From: the human T2T-CHM13v2.0 reference genome, Homo sapiens
Reading direction: 5' to 3' (one strand)
NCBI RefSeq assembly: GCF_009914755.1
Contig: NC_060933.1
DNA: 64,000 nt
Shown here one piece after another: positions 58,931-64,000 of the stretch; the stretch's first letter is position 1, and every line of letters starts with the position of its first letter. The notes under the pieces are model-generated. The model made no database searches. It was not told the origin of the DNA and saw only the letters and a list, made by a program, of their open reading frames with translations. The translations under genes and the position numbers were made by a program.

Positions 58931-60329
58931 AATCCCAGAAATGGGATTCATTACTGCGCCTGCCTCTAGAGTCCTTATGTGTCATCAGGGATTTAATGTA
59001 ACTCAGGTTCTTTGAACAGTTTCATTATTAATAATCAGCCTTTCAGACTTTGAGGCTAATCAGGTAGGTGAATGGACCTCTGAGCACCAGAAAGAAAGTG
59101 TCCTTGCTGATGCTGATTTCCATGGTTTTATTTCTAGAAACAGAAAATGCCGTTTCAGTGGTACTGTTTATTGAGTATGTCTTTAGTTGTACTGTAGGTA
59201 AAGGGTATTTGAATATTTCAGCATGCAGATATTGAGTAGCTTTTTCTTTTTAACTTTTCCTTGTTTTATTTGCTTACTTACTTTTCCTTAAAAAGTGTCC
59301 TGGTAAGACACATTCTATTAGCTCCCACATTTAGATGCTTTCTGGGGAGTATGTACTAAATTTCCCACCACTGAATGTTTCATATACATTTCATGTTGGT
59401 AATCCTCTAGAAAAAGCACTAACTATTTATATTTTGTATTTCTCTTTAACTTGGTACTCAAGTAGGAGGCACTCAAATTAGGAGAGCCTTAATTAGATAC
59501 AGTATCATATTTTTGGTTGGTTTTAGAAAATGCTGCTGGGAGATGTACATTTCACTGTGTTGAGATTTTTGCACCATTAAAGTCAGTTATTTAAATAGTA
59601 ACTCAACCCACCTGTGAAAGAAATACCACCTGTGCTAACCTCCTTCCCATCACTTTGGTCAAATGTTAGGGCTCTGACAGTCATGTAGATTAACAGCATA
59701 TTAAATAAGAACAGCCATTTATATTTAACTGATATATAAGAAGAATTAATTAGCTCTCATGAGACAGTTGTTTAAAAGTTCATGCATGATTCTGGGGCAG
59801 ATGTATCTTGATATTTTCATAAAGAACTAAGATCATTTATGTGTGTGTTCGTTGCTTTTTAGTCAGTGATAGGACTTGTTTTTTAAAAAGGAGGGTGCTT
59901 CTAAAAATCTGACCCTTAAGAGCCAGATATTGTGTGATTCATAAGTGTAAAATCCTTCTGCAGTAACTGCTGTCTATTCAGAGGTAGTACTGGTCTGTTG
60001 CTACTGGCCCCCATCATTTTATTTGCACAAATAGAAAACTTTATATCAAGTAGTACCAGAAGGCTTTGTTTTGACTTGTTAAGCATGCTTTGTTTTCTGC
60101 TTATTTAGAAGCTTTTAAAAACTCATATTCTCAATTTATGTAATATTTAACCTAAGACTGTTCTTTGAGAAGGGATTCATCCTGTTTGCATTTGTACCCT
60201 TGAAAATTGCCCCTGGGATGAGATGTAGAGTTAGACGGTAAAGAGTAGAGTCTGTGGAGCTATTCCAACTCTAGAGACATGGCTTTCAGTTACTTGGATA
60301 AAGAAGAGAGAGAGATTCCTAGAGGCATT

Positions 60330-61930
60330 ATTAACGTTGGAAGGGATGTTTAGCTCTGCCTGGCCCAACTTCCCACAATACAAGTAAGTCCCCTGTACCA
60401 CCTCTGGCATGTGGTCATCCACCTCCATGTGGACACTGCAGTGTGAGCTCCCTGCTTCAGAGCAGTTCTTGACACCAAAGGACAGTTCTAAACACATCAC
60501 CGTTTCCTACATTAAAAGGGATGCAGCCATCTGACCCCTAGCTATTTGTTCTACTTGGAACCTCAGAGAATAAATCTGCTCTCATTCTGAGAAATATCCT
60601 TTAAAATGTATCAACAAGCATATCTACCTCAGGACATTGTCCTTCAGGTAGGAACACTTCACTTTGCTCTCTGAGTGATGCCTAGACATTGGCCACATTC
60701 CAGTCTCCTAGTGTCCCATTTAAAACATGGCGCCCAGAACTCCAATGGGGTATTCTGATCATTAATTACAGGGTGGTTAGCTTCCTTATTCTGGACACCA
60801 GAATTCTGTTAGCATAACTCAAGGGTGTGTTTACTTTTTCCAGCAACCTTGACACAGAGTTAACTCATTGAATATGTGACTTCTTGAAATAACCCCCACT
60901 CCCCACCCCAGAACACACATACACTGCTCTGATTTCACATGAATACTGCCAAGGTTAGCTTTCAGATAAGCATAATTTTTTTGAACCTATGCCTACTGAT
61001 TGTATTCTTATCCCTGTGTAGTTCCAGCCTTACTACTTTTCATCCCATCATCCTTGCATGATGCTGTACCTCTAAATTTTTATCTATGCAAAAATTATGT
61101 TTACTATGTTTATGTATCTAAGTTTTTTCATCCAAAGATTTGATATAAGCTATTGCTTAGAAACTTAGACAAAGGACAGGTCTCTGTGACATACCCCTGA
61201 AAATCACTTCAGGTTGACATGAATATATTAACCAGTAATCCTTAAGGTTGGCTACCCATCAGTGAACTCATATAGCCATGCTCTCATGTCACCCACATTT
61301 ATCCTTTCTCAGCATTTTCAAGAAAGGCTAAAACCATGATACACCATGGCTAGCCTTTCCAATCTATCACCCTAGAAACCCTGCCGAAAAAGTGAAATGA
61401 GGTTAGCTTGCCATGGCTTTTTCTAAGAGACCTCCTGCTGGCACTTAATGATGTTATTTATCTTTTCTAAATAGCCCTGTGGCATCTGAATAATTTCTTC
61501 TAAATTTTTACCAAGGGTCAACATGAAGTGTAACAGTCTCAAATTTTCTTTCTCATATTGAAATTGGGACATTTGCTTATCTCTAGTGTTCTGATTCCAT
61601 TTTTGTGCTCTGTGATTTCCTAAATGTTATTAGCAGAAGCAATCTACATGCTTTTCCAGGATTTAATTAGTTTGCAACTGGACACTTGAACTTACTTGAA
61701 GTGGCTTGATATGCTCTTTCTATCAACTCTCTTATCAGGAGCTTTTGTTCACCATTTATTATGCCTTGCTTTTCAAATCTGAGCATTGTTCTCATTCCTG
61801 AAGAATCTGGAAACAGAAAGTGAATAGGGTGTCATCACCTCCTCCCTCTCTATCAATTGCTCGAAGACAATTCTTTCAGAAGCAGTCCACAGGAAGACCA
61901 GCCCTGCTGTCTGTAAAAGGGTTTGGACAT
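60330..61930 (-). mobile_element. Ancient L3/CR1 LINE remnant
   Basis: Minus strand near 61390-61425 encodes KPWQANLISLF, resembling the CR1 RT motif KSCxTNLISFF; very degenerate, boundaries uncertain. Confidence 0.5.
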
Positions 61931-62496
61931 CAGGTCTAGCCTTGAAGATGGATGCAGCAAAGTGATGGAGGAGGCAGGAGATACCTGCCTGGTCAGTGCC
62001 TGGTCAGTCCAATTGGTGAACACAGCTCCGGGGCACAGAGGGGTGGCAGCCACGTGGCTCCTGCCTCCCTGACACTCTTCAGTCTCTGCTGTCTTCCCCT
62101 AGCTGGGAATGTGTTCTTCTTGCCCCTAAATTTAATAAGCCCTTGTGGTATCTCTGGGAATTGTGGTAAGACTCAGCTTGTCCTGAATTTTTAGTTCTCA
62201 CATTGGAGAAAATCATTCATTCTTTTTAGAAATATTTCCTTCATTGTTTGCTTATTTCCAGGACTGTACTCTTGAATATAACTATAGGGTAAAAAATTCC
62301 AGGTACTTACCCCCACTAGCTCATCATGCAGTGGAAGAGATAGCTTTCCTATGGGATATTACTGAAGAGGTAGCTGGCCTGGGGAATTCAGGGAAGTAGG
62401 GGTCGTATGAGCCCCATTATCTGAGGATACAATGACATTACCTGGTACTTATAATCAATTCAGGACATTATAATAATATTTACCTGGGGAAATGAG

Positions 62497-62787
62497 CTTT
62501 TTTTCTTTTTCTTTTTTTTTTTTTTTTGAGACAGTTTCGCTCTTGTTGCCCAGCTGGAGTGCAGTGGCAACATCTGCCTCCCGGGTTCAAGCAATTCTCC
62601 TGCCTCAGCCTCCAGAGTTGCTGGGATTATGGGCGTGCACCACGATGCCTGGCTAATTTTGTATTTTTGGTAGAGACAGGGTTTTGCCATGTTGGTCAGG
62701 CTGGTCTCGAACTCCTGACCTCAGGTGATCTGCCTTTCTCAGCCTCCCAAAGTGCTGGGATTACAGGCGTGAGCCACCATGCCCGGC
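62497..62787 (-). mobile_element. AluSp/Sq-type element
   Basis: Antisense Alu with a small deletion. Confidence 0.93.
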
Positions 62788-64000
62788 AAATGATCTGATA
62801 TTTTATTACATTATAGCAGCTTTCCAAGAATTTGGTAAACTACAAACCTGTGGACTAATTGTAGTTAATTCCTATACACACTGAAAAGTAATTTGCAGCA
62901 TTTTTCTCATTTTGAGTAGGGCTGAAACTCTGCTGAAGGCCTACATATAATCAGCCCATTCTCCAGAAGGGCAGGGCTCTTATTTCAAAATATTGCCTTG
63001 TTCCAAGGCTTCCTCTGTCTCGGAAGTTCTTTATTTGAAGTGCGTTAGGTATTTACTGTGTCGAAGGCTTTCCCACACTGATTATCATCTCAAGGCTTCA
63101 TCAAACCAATGGATCTTTACACTGGCATTCATACTGTCTTTCTAAAATAAGTTTTCGTAACAAACATTTTAAACCAAATCTATGTCATTATGTAGTTATT
63201 ATTTTTTGTTGCTTTGTTTTAGGGTTTTAAAAATTTGTATTTTTTTTTCCCCAAGCCAATCAGATGGCTGACCTGCATGGACTCCTTATCAGAATGATTT
63301 GAAATTATTCTGCTGGGATCTTTGGTTGTTCAGAACCCACTGAGTTGTAATCTGCGTCAGTCTTAGATGACAGAGCCATACCTAGCTTCTCTGAGTTAGT
63401 TACAATCTACTCTGTAAAGCGTTCTAAGGTAGCACTTGTTGTTTTCAGGTTTTCCTCCCGTCACTCGTGCACATTCGGAGATGACATGGTCTACTTAAGC
63501 TTCTGTGTCTCCTTGGTCAGCACCATCATTAGCCCAAGGTCCTAAAAGTGAAATAATGAAGACTTTCCCAATTCTGTGCCTTATTGCTGACACTCAGAGT
63601 CCCCTCAACCTGCTCCTAATTGTCCCTACAAGACACCCGTTCACCTGCCTCCTCACACCCTGTCTTCCTGAGGCCCTTGCACTGCTGGCCTGGCCTGGCA
63701 AGCTGCAGGGTGGACTGCGTGCCCTGCCTCCAGTCTCTTCCTGTCCTGGCTTCTTTCTGAGGCACCTAACTTGTCATTTCATATTGTAACTTTAGAACTC
63801 TTCACAGCGGCCCCGTTGCCTACCCGATGATGACCAGACTTCTTAGCGTAGGAGAATTGTTATCTTCCACAGTCTGAACCTTCGGATCTTCCCAACTTTT
63901 TTTTTCCAACGCACCCCTCCCAGCTCTCCTTATATTTCAGACATTCCAAAGAATTCTGTGTATTTTGAAGCGAGCACATGCGCTTCCACCCCTCTGTTGA

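Overview
Primate (most likely human) genomic DNA covering the 3' half of SMARCA2 (BRM, the SWI/SNF ATPase) on the + strand. Five coding exons splice GT-AG in one continuous frame: 4770-4933, 10338-10565, 13974-14051, 18235-18453 and 56164-56381. From memory of the reference transcript these are exons 24-28. They encode helicase motifs V/VI, the SnAC region with an LxCxE motif, the AT-hook and the start of the bromodomain. The 37.7-kb intron 18454-56163 ends in a repeat-free block (about 52.1-55.6 kb) with several candidate first exons and a 96-nt in-frame exon, which would give short ATPase-less BRM isoforms. The rest is intronic: about 20 Alus, ERV1/MaLR/ERVL solo LTRs, a Tigger13-type transposon retaining transposase remnants, L1/L3/MIR fragments, an antisense full-length U2 snRNA pseudogene and a tailless tRNA-Ser retrocopy. 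I see no convincing wholly new gene system. The strongest leads are the internal-promoter isoform module with a targeting-peptide-like leader, a stop-free 525-nt potential circRNA, and two locally templated insertions, one of which landed in a palindrome. Repeat family names and exon numbers are recalled, not searched, and repeat boundaries are approximate.
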